In this document: one piece after another, positions 18,059-27,899 of the stretch
How the letters are laid out: each line of letters begins with the position of its first letter
How positions within the stretch are numbered: position 1 is the first letter of the stretch
From: Fibrobacterota bacterium
GTDB lineage: Bacteria; Fibrobacterota; Fibrobacteria; UBA11236
Assembly (NCBI GenBank): GCA_043753995.1
Contig: JAYUVP010000170.1
Span: 1-34,843, forward strand
Length of the DNA: 34,843 bases
Direction: 5' to 3'
Made by a program: the position numbers and the translations under genes
The notes under the pieces: generated by a model
Told to the model about the DNA's origin: nothing
What the model saw: the letters and a program-made list of their open reading frames with translations, nothing else
Database searches by the model: none

Positions 18059-20868
18059 TGTCATGCGGCGCCACACCTTGCTCCTGCGGTTGCTGCGCGG
18101 GCGTTGAAAACGCCACGCCCGCCTCGGTGATCAATGCCCCCGGCCAACCTGCGCTGCGAAGGCGCGTGGGCGAATGGGCTTCCTTCCGCGAAAGTCTTTT
18201 CGCCTCCCTGGCGCAAGACCCCGTCTTGCGCGAGCTACGTACCAGGGACGTGACCGATCCCGCTGTGGCCTTATGCGATGCCGAAGCGGTGATGCTGGAC
18301 GTGCTCACCTTTTATACCGAGCGCATCGCCAATGAAGGCTATTTGGCGACCGCCACGGAAAGATCGTCGCTGGCCGAAATGGCGCGCGAAATTGGCTATA
18401 CGCCCGCACCCGGCGTGGCGGCTGCCTGCGACCTGCGCTTCTTTCTCGAAGAAGCCGTAGGCGCTCCGCTGACCACCACGGTGCCTATCGGAACCAAGGT
18501 CCAAAGCCTGCCTGGTCCTGGAGAAACACCGCAAACCTTCGAAACCGTGGCCGAACTCAGCGCCCATGTTGCGTGGAATGCCATGAAGCCCAAGGCGACG
18601 GTTTCTCGGGATCCGCAATTCGGCGATGTCGAAGCCGTTTTTGCGGGAACCGGGCTCAACCTCGCGATCGGTGATTTGCTGCTCTTCGTGGGCGGCGAAA
18701 ACCGACGGGACATTCGGGCTGAAAACTGGGATGTCCGCAAAATCACCACCGTCACCCTCGACTCCAAGGCCAGTACCACACGTGTGACCTGGACCAAAGG
18801 ATTGGGCCACTTGCAATCGGGGAGGCGCACCAGCCAGGCGGCCTCGGACCCGCAAATCTTCATCCTACGGCAAAAAGCCAATGTATTCGGTTTCAATGCC
18901 CAGCCCTTCGGAACCCTGCCCGACGCCACCAAGCAAGATGCCTATGAAGCCGCCGGCTATGCCCGCGCCGGTTCCAATCGCAAGGAATGGCCCCATTTCA
19001 CTGTATTCCGCGATCGTAGTCTTACTCTCGATCTCGATCAATTCTTCCCGAAAATTCTTAAGGACAGCTTTTTGGTGCTTTGGGCCGCGCCCGAATCGGG
19101 AAGCCAGGAAGGCCAACGCGAATTGTTCCAGGTCGCTTCGGTAAGCGAAGGCGCACGCGCTGAATTCGGTCTTTCCTCCAAGACCACCTTGCTCAATCTG
19201 GTAGGCGAAAATCGCGCTCATTTCCATAACAAGGTGCGCGAGACCACGGTTTATGCTGCTCCGGAATTGCTGACTCTGGCGCCCTCTCCTTGGACCGGTG
19301 GCGAAACCAGTAACCCTGCCGCTACCCCCTGGCGACTGGCGAAGGACATGCCCTGTCCGGTGGCGGGCACTCGCCTCAATATCGCCTTGCCGGCTCCCGT
19401 GCTTGCCGAGGGAAGAAAACTTTTGCTGGTGGGCAAGTCCGTCCGCTTGCGAATAGACGTGACGGGATTAAAACTCGATCCTGGCGGCGGACTTTCGCCG
19501 CGTAATTTGGCCGTGAACGACATGCTCATCACCGAGACCTTGCCGGTCTCCGAAGGTAGCGGACAATGGCGCCTCAAGGCTCGGGCCTTGGACGGCTTTG
19601 CGGGTAGCCTGCGCCTGCGCGCCAATCAAGCCACGCTTTTCCCCGCCGACGCGGACGATGCCGAAGTCGCTGAGGCCTTGGTCTTAGACGGCCCCATACC
19701 CGACGGCGTCAAAACCATTTCGCAATTCCGATTCACCACCGCCACGACCCGTTTTTACGATCGCCTCACGGTCGCGATGTCGGCCAATGTGGCTCCGGCC
19801 ACTCACGGCGAAAGCGTCAGGGAAGTGCTGGGTAGCGGCGATGCTGCGGCAGGCTTTCAACGCATGAAGCTCAAACAAATTCCGCTCACCTACGTGCCCG
19901 TGCCCACGGGATCGGGGGCGGCGAGCACCTTGCAAATACGCGTAGGCGGCGTGTTGTGGCAGGAAGCTACGACCTTGTTCGGCCAAGACGGACAGGCGGA
20001 AGTATTCGTGACCCAGCAAGCCGATGCCGTCGACGGAGGCAAGGTGACCGTGGCTTTCGGCGATGCCGTCACCGGTGCGCGACTCCCCACCGGCTCGGCC
20101 AATATCGAAGCCCAATACCGCAAAGGCATAGGACTATTGGGCGAAGTGGCGGAAAAAAAATTGACGCAATTGATGACGCGTCCGCTAGGCGTGAAGTCGG
20201 TGGTCAATCCCATTGCGGCCCTGGGAGCCGCCGATCCTGAAAGCTCCGACTCCCTGCGCGCCAATGGGCCCATGTCGGTGCGGACTTTGGGGCGCGTGGT
20301 CAGCCTCAGCGATTATCAGGATTTCGCCGCGACTTTCGCGGGCATAGGCAAGGCCAAGGCCGATTGGCTTTGGGACGGAGAGCAGCGTCTCGTGCATGTT
20401 ACGGTGGCTTCGGCCTCAGGGCAAAGCCCCGCCGCCGGTTCGGATTTGCTGATGAATCTGTCGGGGGCCATGAATGGATCGCGTGACATTCGCCAGCCTC
20501 TCCGAATTTCCGGCTTCAGCGCTCTGACCTTTAAAGTCTCGGCGCGGTTACTGATCGATGCCCGTTACTTGCCCGCTACGGTATTCGCAACGGCCCTAGC
20601 GGCGTTGGAAGCCTCCTATGGCTTTGCCGCCCGGACTCTGGGACAAAGCCTGCGCGCCTCCGACATCATTGCGACCCTGCAAGGCGTTGCAGGCGTCGTG
20701 GCCGTCGATCTCGACGCGCTTTATTTGGCCGGCAGCGCTTCCGGGCTTGCAGATGAAATTGTAGCGCATGCCTCCCGCTGGAGTTCCGGCGAAGGCGGCG
20801 CCCTTTTGCCCGCAGAATTGCTCACCTTGGCTCCACGGGGCGTCACCTTGCAGGAGATGGCACCATGA
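18058..20868 (+). CDS. Baseplate J-like wedge protein 2 (Afp11/12-like)
   Basis: DP-VAL-DA-A---DVLTFY-ERIANEGYL-TATE--S----A--IGY, FET, N-A-ATHGE, FGD---GAR-P-G and R-VS--DY motifs; TAATG overlap start. Confidence 0.93.
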   Translation: MSCGATPCSCGCCAGVENATPASVINAPGQPALRRRVGEWASFRESLFASLAQDPVLRELRTRDVTDPAVALCDAEAVMLDVLTFYTERIANEGYLATATERSSLAEMAREIGYTPAPGVAAACDLRFFLEEAVGAPLTTTVPIGTKVQSLPGPGETPQTFETVAELSAHVAWNAMKPKATVSRDPQFGDVEAVFAGTGLNLAIGDLLLFVGGENRRDIRAENWDVRKITTVTLDSKASTTRVTWTKGLGHLQSGRRTSQAASDPQIFILRQKANVFGFNAQPFGTLPDATKQDAYEAAGYARAGSNRKEWPHFTVFRDRSLTLDLDQFFPKILKDSFLVLWAAPESGSQEGQRELFQVASVSEGARAEFGLSSKTTLLNLVGENRAHFHNKVRETTVYAAPELLTLAPSPWTGGETSNPAATPWRLAKDMPCPVAGTRLNIALPAPVLAEGRKLLLVGKSVRLRIDVTGLKLDPGGGLSPRNLAVNDMLITETLPVSEGSGQWRLKARALDGFAGSLRLRANQATLFPADADDAEVAEALVLDGPIPDGVKTISQFRFTTATTRFYDRLTVAMSANVAPATHGESVREVLGSGDAAAGFQRMKLKQIPLTYVPVPTGSGAASTLQIRVGGVLWQEATTLFGQDGQAEVFVTQQADAVDGGKVTVAFGDAVTGARLPTGSANIEAQYRKGIGLLGEVAEKKLTQLMTRPLGVKSVVNPIAALGAADPESSDSLRANGPMSVRTLGRVVSLSDYQDFAATFAGIGKAKADWLWDGEQRLVHVTVASASGQSPAAGSDLLMNLSGAMNGSRDIRQPLRISGFSALTFKVSARLLIDARYLPATVFATALAALEASYGFAARTLGQSLRASDIIATLQGVAGVVAVDLDALYLAGSASGLADEIVAHASRWSSGEGGALLPAELLTLAPRGVTLQEMAP

Positions 20869-23213
20869 TCACGGATTATAAAATCGACGCGGACTCATTG
20901 GCCGCGGCTCTACCCGCCGTGATGCGCGAACGTGATCTCACGGTCGCCAATCCCAAGGGAGCCTTGCAAGCCTTGCTCGGAGCCTTGGCTCGCGAGCTCG
21001 ACGTGGTGCGCACCGACATCGACGCTTTGTATGATGGCGCCTTCATCGAGACTTGCGCGCCTTGGCTCGTGCCCTATATCGGCGAATTACTCGGCGTGAA
21101 AGGCCTGCATTCCGTGAGCGCGGCGACATTGAGCCCGCGCGCCGTGGTGGCCAATACCTTGGCTTATCGTAGGCGTAAAGGTACTGCGACCGTCATCGAG
21201 CAGCTCGCCCGCGATCTCACCGGCTGGGACACCCGCGTGGTGGAGTTTTTCCAGCTCCTGGCCACCACCCAGCATATCAACCACGTACGCCCAGGCAAAG
21301 GCGGCACGGTTAACCTGCGTGATACGGCGGCCTTGGAAAGTATTCAAGGCCCTTTCGATACGGCGGCGCATACTCTTGAAGTGCGATCCTCTTCTGTGGG
21401 TGGACGCTATCATCCCCAAACTCTGGGGATTTTTCTCCATCGCCTGCAAGCCTATACCGTGAATGGTGGCGACGCGGCGGCCATCCCTGCCGCTGGACCC
21501 GGGCGCTTCACCTTTTCGCCGCTGGGCTGCGATTTGCCGCTTTTCTTCGAGTCCCTTCCAGAAACCTCCATCGAGCATTTGGCCGAGCCCGTCAATGTCA
21601 GCGCACCACTGAGTCGCCGACCCCTGTGGGACGAACTCGAAGGCTTGCGCGCCGCTCTCGCCTTGGGACAAAATCCCAAGCCCCTGTTGTGGTTCGACGT
21701 GGCCCGTCCGGCCTTTATTGTGATTGCCGATGACGCGGTGATTTCTCCCGTCGCCATTTTGATATGCGATCTCACGGATTGGCATTTGCCCGCCGATACC
21801 AAGGTCTATCCCGGCTTTTCCGGCCCGGTGAATATGCCGATTCGCTGTGCCGTCGACCCTGTGCTGGGCCGCATCACCTTTCCTGCCGGGGTTTTTCCCA
21901 GTAGCGTACAAGTGACCTATGCCTATGGCTTTCCCGGCGATATAGGCGGTGGCCCTTATTTACGCCGCCGCCGCTCGGGCGAATTGGGCGCAGCGGCCCG
22001 CCTTATCGCCAATGCCCTGCCCTCGGCGGCAGCCACGGCGGCTTGCGCAGGGGAAAGCGGTTTATCCGGTTGCGACGAAGCAGGCGCTTGCGCCGGCGAT
22101 CCGTTTTTGATGTGGCCCGACACCTTGGCTTTTCCGAGGGCCGAAGGCGAACTCTATCGCGTTTTCGCCGACCAAGTCAGCGGCCCGCATCCCGACGCCG
22201 AAACCCTTACCGATGCCATAGCCCTCTGGCTTGCCGACGGCAGGCCTCGCGCGGTGATACAGATCGAGGACAGCCGCTCCTATGTCGAGGACGTGGTGCT
22301 CGACCTGGGCGATGCCGAACTCATACTGCAGGCGCAAGAAGGTGACAAGCCCATCCTCTTGGGTAACTTAGAGGTTACGGGTGGAAGCGGTGCAGGCAAA
22401 TTGCTGATCGACGGTTTACTGCTCGCCGGGGCGCTTAACGCCACGGGCGACACGGATACCTTGGCCTTGCGCCATTGCACCCTAGTGCCCGGCCTCACTC
22501 TGGACGCCGACGGCCTCTCCCTGCAAGCCGACCAGCCCAGCTTGGACGTGCTTCACGACACGGTGCGGCATAATAACGAGCATTTGACCTTGCACATGCA
22601 TGCCTGCATTTCGGGTCCGTTGCGTTTGCCATCGGCCATGGTCTCGGCCCGCATTTCCGATACCGTGATTCAAGCGCCCGATAATGTTTTACCGGCTTAT
22701 GCTGCCGATGCGGCAGGCGGCGCTGGTGCCCGGGCCTGTTTGATTCGCTGCACGGTGCTGGGGCATTTGCATGCCATCGCCGTGGACTTGGTGTCGGATA
22801 CGATTTTCACTGAGGCCGCCGTCGCCGATCGATTGCAAGAAGGCTGCACGCGCTTCAGCTATTTGCCCGAGGACTCGCAATTGCCGCGGCGTCATCGCTG
22901 CCAGCCCGATACGGCCATAGCCAAAGCCTGGGAAGATTTGGGCGAAAGCGCCACCCAGGCAGCTAAGGATGCCGCAGCCGATTTGGCCCGCAGCCGCATG
23001 CCTCCGCAATTCACGGCTTTGCGGCTCAATGCTCCCGCCTTCGCCCAATTGGCCGAGGGTGCGGCGATGGAATTGAAGACTCAAGCTTCCAATGAAAGCG
23101 AGATTGGGGCTTGGAATGCCCTGATGCAGCCGCAGCGCGAAGCGAATTTGCGTTCGGCCCTCGATGAATACCTACGCCTGGGACTCACCGCCACGGTGAT
23201 CCACGCCACCTGA
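20865..23213 (+). CDS. Phage tail / baseplate wedge protein (P2 gpI-like N-terminus)
   Basis: LPA--R-RD, I--LYD--FIETC--W-VPYIG-L-G, VANT-AYRRRKGT and VDP-LGR motifs; beta-helix-like C-terminal region. Confidence 0.85.
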   Translation: MITDYKIDADSLAAALPAVMRERDLTVANPKGALQALLGALARELDVVRTDIDALYDGAFIETCAPWLVPYIGELLGVKGLHSVSAATLSPRAVVANTLAYRRRKGTATVIEQLARDLTGWDTRVVEFFQLLATTQHINHVRPGKGGTVNLRDTAALESIQGPFDTAAHTLEVRSSSVGGRYHPQTLGIFLHRLQAYTVNGGDAAAIPAAGPGRFTFSPLGCDLPLFFESLPETSIEHLAEPVNVSAPLSRRPLWDELEGLRAALALGQNPKPLLWFDVARPAFIVIADDAVISPVAILICDLTDWHLPADTKVYPGFSGPVNMPIRCAVDPVLGRITFPAGVFPSSVQVTYAYGFPGDIGGGPYLRRRRSGELGAAARLIANALPSAAATAACAGESGLSGCDEAGACAGDPFLMWPDTLAFPRAEGELYRVFADQVSGPHPDAETLTDAIALWLADGRPRAVIQIEDSRSYVEDVVLDLGDAELILQAQEGDKPILLGNLEVTGGSGAGKLLIDGLLLAGALNATGDTDTLALRHCTLVPGLTLDADGLSLQADQPSLDVLHDTVRHNNEHLTLHMHACISGPLRLPSAMVSARISDTVIQAPDNVLPAYAADAAGGAGARACLIRCTVLGHLHAIAVDLVSDTIFTEAAVADRLQEGCTRFSYLPEDSQLPRRHRCQPDTAIAKAWEDLGESATQAAKDAAADLARSRMPPQFTALRLNAPAFAQLAEGAAMELKTQASNESEIGAWNALMQPQREANLRSALDEYLRLGLTATVIHAT

Positions 23214-23230
23214 TTGTCCAAGGAGATGCC

Positions 23231-26200
23231 ATGAGAGGCGATTTCACCCGCAGCACATTCGACGCCAACAAGCGTTATACCCAAGTCCGCCAACAGCAAG
23301 GACGGGTGCAAGTCGACGCCGACTTCAATGAGCAAAGCGATTTGCAATTGAGTCGCGAGCGAACCCTGGCGACCGACATCATCGGCAAGAGCGGAGCGCC
23401 CAAGGCCGAAGCCGGTTTCGGCCTCGCCCTGCTAGGATCGGGCGAAGACCTTGCCTTGAGCCCCGGCCGCTACTATGTCAAGGGCCGGCAATGCTCCATT
23501 GAGGCGAGCAATGTGGCTGCGCAGGCCGTGGGTGTTTCCCTGATTCAAGTCGAAAGCCTTAAGCCCGACGGGCGGCCTCTCGCCGCCGGCCAATGGATAG
23601 GGCTTTCGGGTGCGGGTGGGGTCACTCATGTGGGACGTATCGTATCAGTGACTGCGGCCACGCGCCGCGTGACCATTGCTCCGGCCCTCGCCGACGCCGC
23701 GCCATTCGCGCAGGCTACCCTGCGCAGGCTTACCACCTATGCCACCCAGCCGGGCCTGCCCAAGGCTCCCTTCGTCGACACCGAGTTGGAAAGCCTGATC
23801 TTGGCCGATGGACGCTATGCCGCCTATCTCGAAGTGTGGGAAAGAGCGGTCAGCCCTCTGGGTGATCTCGCCTTGCGCGAAGTGGCCCTGAACGGAGCCG
23901 ACACGGCGGTGCGCACGCAATTGATATGGCAAGTGCGCTTGCGCCCCGTAGCCGCCGACGCCCCGCCTCCCGCGGCGGTCACCGGCGATTGCTGCGCCAT
24001 CGACGGCGCATGCCCCGCGCTGGATTTTCCAGCACCGACGGGACGCTTACTTGCGCGGGCCCAGCCCGATGCGATCAGCGACGACCCCTGTATCTTAGGT
24101 GCTACGGGGGGCTACCGCCGCCTGGAGAATCAGTTGTATCGCGTCGAAATTCATCGTGGCAATGAAGGCGGCGGCAATGCCACCTTCAAGTGGTCGCGCG
24201 AGAATGCTTCGGTAGAAACGCGTTGGCTCGGCCAAAGCGGCAATGATATGCAAGTGTCTTCCACCGGTCGCGATGCCAATCTCGGCTTTCATGCTGGCGA
24301 CTGGGTGGAGCTCTTCGACGAAAGTACCGAACTCTTGAATTTACCGGGGACTCTGGTGCGCGTCGATTCCGTGAAGGAAGGTGTGATCACGATTTTGCCC
24401 GCTACCGCCGATGGCAATGTGAATCGCATCAATTTCCCCGTGAATCCACGCATTCGCCGCTGGGACATGGTGGGCACCGGCCTCGCGGGATTGGGCGAAC
24501 GCCTCATCGAAGTGCCGGCCAGCGACGACGGCTTCCTGACCTTGGAAAGCGGCGTGCAAATTCAATTCGAGACAGGCCGAACTTATCGCACCGGCGACTA
24601 TTGGATTCTCCCCGCCCGTACGGCCACGCGCGACATCGAATGGCCACGCGACGCCAGCAATCTTCCCCTGTGGCAAAACGCGCAGGGTATAGTGCGCGAG
24701 CAAGCCTTGCTCGGCACGGTGACCAAGCTCGGTGAAACCGTGACCTTACATGATTGCCGCGAGCTTTTCCCTGCACTCACGCAAATCTGCGCTTCGGATG
24801 TCTGCTATGACAGTGGCTGCGATTTGATCGCCACCAATGTTCAAGACGCCCTCGACGAACTTTGCCGCGCTCGCGACTTGCGTTGGCATAACAAGCACTT
24901 GCATGGGCATGGCGTGGTTTGCGGGCTGCAAGTGTTTTGCCCCGAGACCACGGACGAACGTCGGCGCAGCGTGCGTATCCTTTCCGGATATGCCCTCGAC
25001 TGCGAAGGCAATGATATCGTGCTCGAGCAAGAGGCGGTCTTTCCCCTGATCGAAAACGTGCTGGCGCGTGATGCCCAGGCGGCCGAAAACGATCGCTGGC
25101 TCGATGCCGAGGGACGCGGCGATGTTTGCCTCATCGTAAGGCGCGGTACCGAAGGCCAGCCAGCCTTTGAATTGCGGAATTATGATAAGAGCTCGCATAG
25201 CCTGAAATCGCGGCTCGACGACACCTTGCTATTGAAGTTTTACAAGGACTGCATTCAAGACGTCCTGCAGCAAATCAAGGATGAGTTGACCCCCGGTGCC
25301 GACGAAACCAATCATCCCGCCGGTCCGAAAACCCAGCTCACCTCCGCCTTGATCAATATCGCCGTGCAGGCCATCGATCCGGCCACGGGGCAATATGTTT
25401 TCGTCTCCCAGCGCGAGCACGATTTGCTATTGCGCTTTTACAATCGCCTCCGGGCCATTTTGCGGGACGAAACCTTTTGCGGCCTCTATGACGATGCCGC
25501 GCCTTTCCCCGCCTATCCCTTTCCCAACCTGGCCATCGACACGATCTTCGCCAAGAACCATCACCTGCGACTGCGCGCCAGGCCCGGCACGCGCGAGGTC
25601 TATTCCTTCGGACCCGGATTGCATCCCACTTCGCCTTCGTCCCTCGTCAATCGTTATGATGCTGAGCGCATGCGCCTCATCGAGCGCATCGACGTGAATT
25701 CCGGCGCGGTATTACCCTTCGACGCTCCTGAACCCAAGGCCTCGACCGGCCCCGTTCTCGATGTCGCCTTTTCTCCCGACGGCCGCCGCATTTATGTGGC
25801 GCTGACCACCCGTAACGGAGACGATACCCTGTTCCGCATGGGTACTTTCGGCCGCAATGGCGTCATCGCTTGGGGCGCCATCACCAACCTTTGCGGCGTA
25901 CGCATGGTGACCTTGGCCACCACGGCCGCCGACGCCGCCAATGTTTATGCCGTGGGCCAGAAAACCGTCACTACCAATAGCGTTTCAAAGCTGACGGGCA
26001 CCGGCCTCTATCGCATTCGTCCCGAGCAGCCCGATGCCGATCCCAAGGTCGCCGTAGCCTTCAACAGCGCCGGTCATTTGGTCATCGCCGCCGACGGCAC
26101 CGCCTTCATGACGGCCCAGACTTCGCCGACTACCGAGCCCAAGCGCTACAATCGCATTCGCGTTTTGACCTTGCCCTTGTCCGACAATTCCAATCCTCAA

Positions 26201-27862
26201 GACATCGATTTGGTCGATCCCGGTGAAGACGATATCGCCATCCTTCCCCAAGTCACGGGCGCGGGCCACAAGGTCTTTCATGTCGGCATCAGCGCCAATG
26301 GCAAGGAATTGGAGGCCTATGATTTTCCTCCACGTCGCGCCAATGTCGCCAGGCTCGCACCCTTGCCGAATACGCGCATTCGTCTCGCCACCTTGAATGC
26401 CCGGGGAACGGGCGTGCCGGGTCGCGTTTTCGTCAGCCTCGAAGACAGCTATACCGTGCACATGGCCACATTCACGCGTTCGGGCGTTGATTGGCAAAGC
26501 GAATATGCCTTGCCCACCCAAATCGCTCCGGTCGCCATGGCCAGCCATGACGGCGATGTCGAAACCTTATTCGTCCTGAATCAAGGCAGCAATACCCTGA
26601 CGGTCGCCAGCGGTAATACCTTACAGTCACGTTTCCGCTTCGACTTCGATGCCTTGCGCACCTATCGCGAGCAAGTCGTCAAGGCTTATATCGACTTGCT
26701 GGCCGGCTTCCTGCAATATTTAAAGGACTGCCTCTGCGAGCATTTTCTGGTCAATTGCCCCACTTGCGGCGAAGATGAAGTGATTGAGTTGGCATGCATT
26801 TCCATACGTAACTCGCGTGTTCACAAGATTTGCAATTTCTCCGGGCGAAAATACGTGAAGAGCTTTCCCGCCGTGGATTGGTGGATGTCCCTCGTGCCTA
26901 TATTGCCGGTGGCCCGTCACTACCTCGGAGAATTTTGCTGCATGCTTTTGCCCAATCTCTTCGGCAAGATCAAGACCACCGCCCCTGCCCGCGAGCCCAA
27001 TGCCTTCGGCAAGGCCAAGTATTCGGTGGCCGGGGCGCGCACGGCGACGAACGCGGGGCAAGCCCTCAATTTCAGTTCCATCGGCAATATATTGTCGAGC
27101 AAATTGAAGCTCTTCAATGGTGCGATCAAATCAAGCGGCGCATCGCAAACGGTGGACAATCTCAATCGCAGCGCCGAGATCGATGCCGCCGTCATCGATC
27201 AACCCGCCACCCGCGCCGTGACTTCGCTGGAAAAGCGCGGCCTCAAGGTGCGCGTCGCGTCCTTCAATTCGGCGCAAGCCTCCACTTCGCCCAATTTCTC
27301 CGCCATATTGCGTCAACCCAAGGCCAATGAAGAAGTGGTGCTGCATGAAAAGGACGGGCGCGTCGCCTATTATACCGTCGAAACCGTGGCTGCTCCCGCG
27401 AGCCCGGCGGCTGGAAGTAGCACCGGTGCTACTTCTGGAATATCCACTTTACCTGTCGTATCACAAGCCGACTTTCAATCCCTGAAAGACTCCTTGGCCG
27501 CGCGTGAAACGGAGATCGCCACCTTGCGAGTCAGTCTGCAGGCTCAGACCACGCAATTGCAAAGCCTCACCGCGCTTTCGGCCCGCATGCAAACCCTGGA
27601 AGGCGCTCTATTGCAAATACAGCCCCAAGGCGGCCTTTCGCTCAATCTCAATCGAGATACCGGAGGTGCAGTGACAGGGATAACAACCAATCCGCAAGGG
27701 ACGTTGAATTTGCTTCGCGACGCCGCCCCTGCCCCTGCCGCGCCTAACCCCGCGCCCGCGAAGGCACCCGCTGCCAAATCCACGACAGCAAAAACCACCA
27801 AGACGACGGCAGCGAAGGCGACCAAAACCACCTCAACCAAATCCAAGGGAGGCAAGGGATAG
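23231..27862 (+). CDS. DUF6519-domain modular tail-fibre/appendage-like protein
   Basis: MRGDF-R-TF, QQGRVQ-DAD-NE, GRYYV-G, YLEVWER, GY--LENQLYRVEIH, FKWSREN-S, RRWD, LE-GVQI-F----YRTGDYW--PART motifs; AGGAG RBS. Confidence 0.9.
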   Translation: MRGDFTRSTFDANKRYTQVRQQQGRVQVDADFNEQSDLQLSRERTLATDIIGKSGAPKAEAGFGLALLGSGEDLALSPGRYYVKGRQCSIEASNVAAQAVGVSLIQVESLKPDGRPLAAGQWIGLSGAGGVTHVGRIVSVTAATRRVTIAPALADAAPFAQATLRRLTTYATQPGLPKAPFVDTELESLILADGRYAAYLEVWERAVSPLGDLALREVALNGADTAVRTQLIWQVRLRPVAADAPPPAAVTGDCCAIDGACPALDFPAPTGRLLARAQPDAISDDPCILGATGGYRRLENQLYRVEIHRGNEGGGNATFKWSRENASVETRWLGQSGNDMQVSSTGRDANLGFHAGDWVELFDESTELLNLPGTLVRVDSVKEGVITILPATADGNVNRINFPVNPRIRRWDMVGTGLAGLGERLIEVPASDDGFLTLESGVQIQFETGRTYRTGDYWILPARTATRDIEWPRDASNLPLWQNAQGIVREQALLGTVTKLGETVTLHDCRELFPALTQICASDVCYDSGCDLIATNVQDALDELCRARDLRWHNKHLHGHGVVCGLQVFCPETTDERRRSVRILSGYALDCEGNDIVLEQEAVFPLIENVLARDAQAAENDRWLDAEGRGDVCLIVRRGTEGQPAFELRNYDKSSHSLKSRLDDTLLLKFYKDCIQDVLQQIKDELTPGADETNHPAGPKTQLTSALINIAVQAIDPATGQYVFVSQREHDLLLRFYNRLRAILRDETFCGLYDDAAPFPAYPFPNLAIDTIFAKNHHLRLRARPGTREVYSFGPGLHPTSPSSLVNRYDAERMRLIERIDVNSGAVLPFDAPEPKASTGPVLDVAFSPDGRRIYVALTTRNGDDTLFRMGTFGRNGVIAWGAITNLCGVRMVTLATTAADAANVYAVGQKTVTTNSVSKLTGTGLYRIRPEQPDADPKVAVAFNSAGHLVIAADGTAFMTAQTSPTTEPKRYNRIRVLTLPLSDNSNPQDIDLVDPGEDDIAILPQVTGAGHKVFHVGISANGKELEAYDFPPRRANVARLAPLPNTRIRLATLNARGTGVPGRVFVSLEDSYTVHMATFTRSGVDWQSEYALPTQIAPVAMASHDGDVETLFVLNQGSNTLTVASGNTLQSRFRFDFDALRTYREQVVKAYIDLLAGFLQYLKDCLCEHFLVNCPTCGEDEVIELACISIRNSRVHKICNFSGRKYVKSFPAVDWWMSLVPILPVARHYLGEFCCMLLPNLFGKIKTTAPAREPNAFGKAKYSVAGARTATNAGQALNFSSIGNILSSKLKLFNGAIKSSGASQTVDNLNRSAEIDAAVIDQPATRAVTSLEKRGLKVRVASFNSAQASTSPNFSAILRQPKANEEVVLHEKDGRVAYYTVETVAAPASPAAGSSTGATSGISTLPVVSQADFQSLKDSLAARETEIATLRVSLQAQTTQLQSLTALSARMQTLEGALLQIQPQGGLSLNLNRDTGGAVTGITTNPQGTLNLLRDAAPAPAAPNPAPAKAPAAKSTTAKTTKTTAAKATKTTSTKSKGGKG

Positions 27863-27899
27863 TCCGGTTTTCTAAAGCCAGGTTCGCAAGGGCGGTACC

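Larger units (their letters stand above)
342..27862 (+). other. Extracellular contractile injection system (eCIS) gene cluster
   Basis: Sheath, tube, Pvc16, Afp15-like ATPase, DUF4157 proteins, hub, spike, PAAR, gp25 and baseplate J are all present, with no head, packaging or TssJLM genes. Confidence 0.95.

Noticed and set aside
342..27862. Prophage or R-type tailocin
   Set aside because: No capsid, portal, terminase, integrase or lysis genes; the Pvc16, Afp15-like ATPase and DUF4157 combination points to eCIS.
342..27862. Type VI secretion system
   Set aside because: Single-chain phage-type sheath and gp19-type tube; no TssB/C pair, TssJLM, TssK or ClpV.
27715..27862. Tandem DNA repeat or CRISPR-like array
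   Set aside because: Only amino-acid-level low complexity; I found no regular repeat-spacer structure, tRNA or rRNA anywhere in the window.
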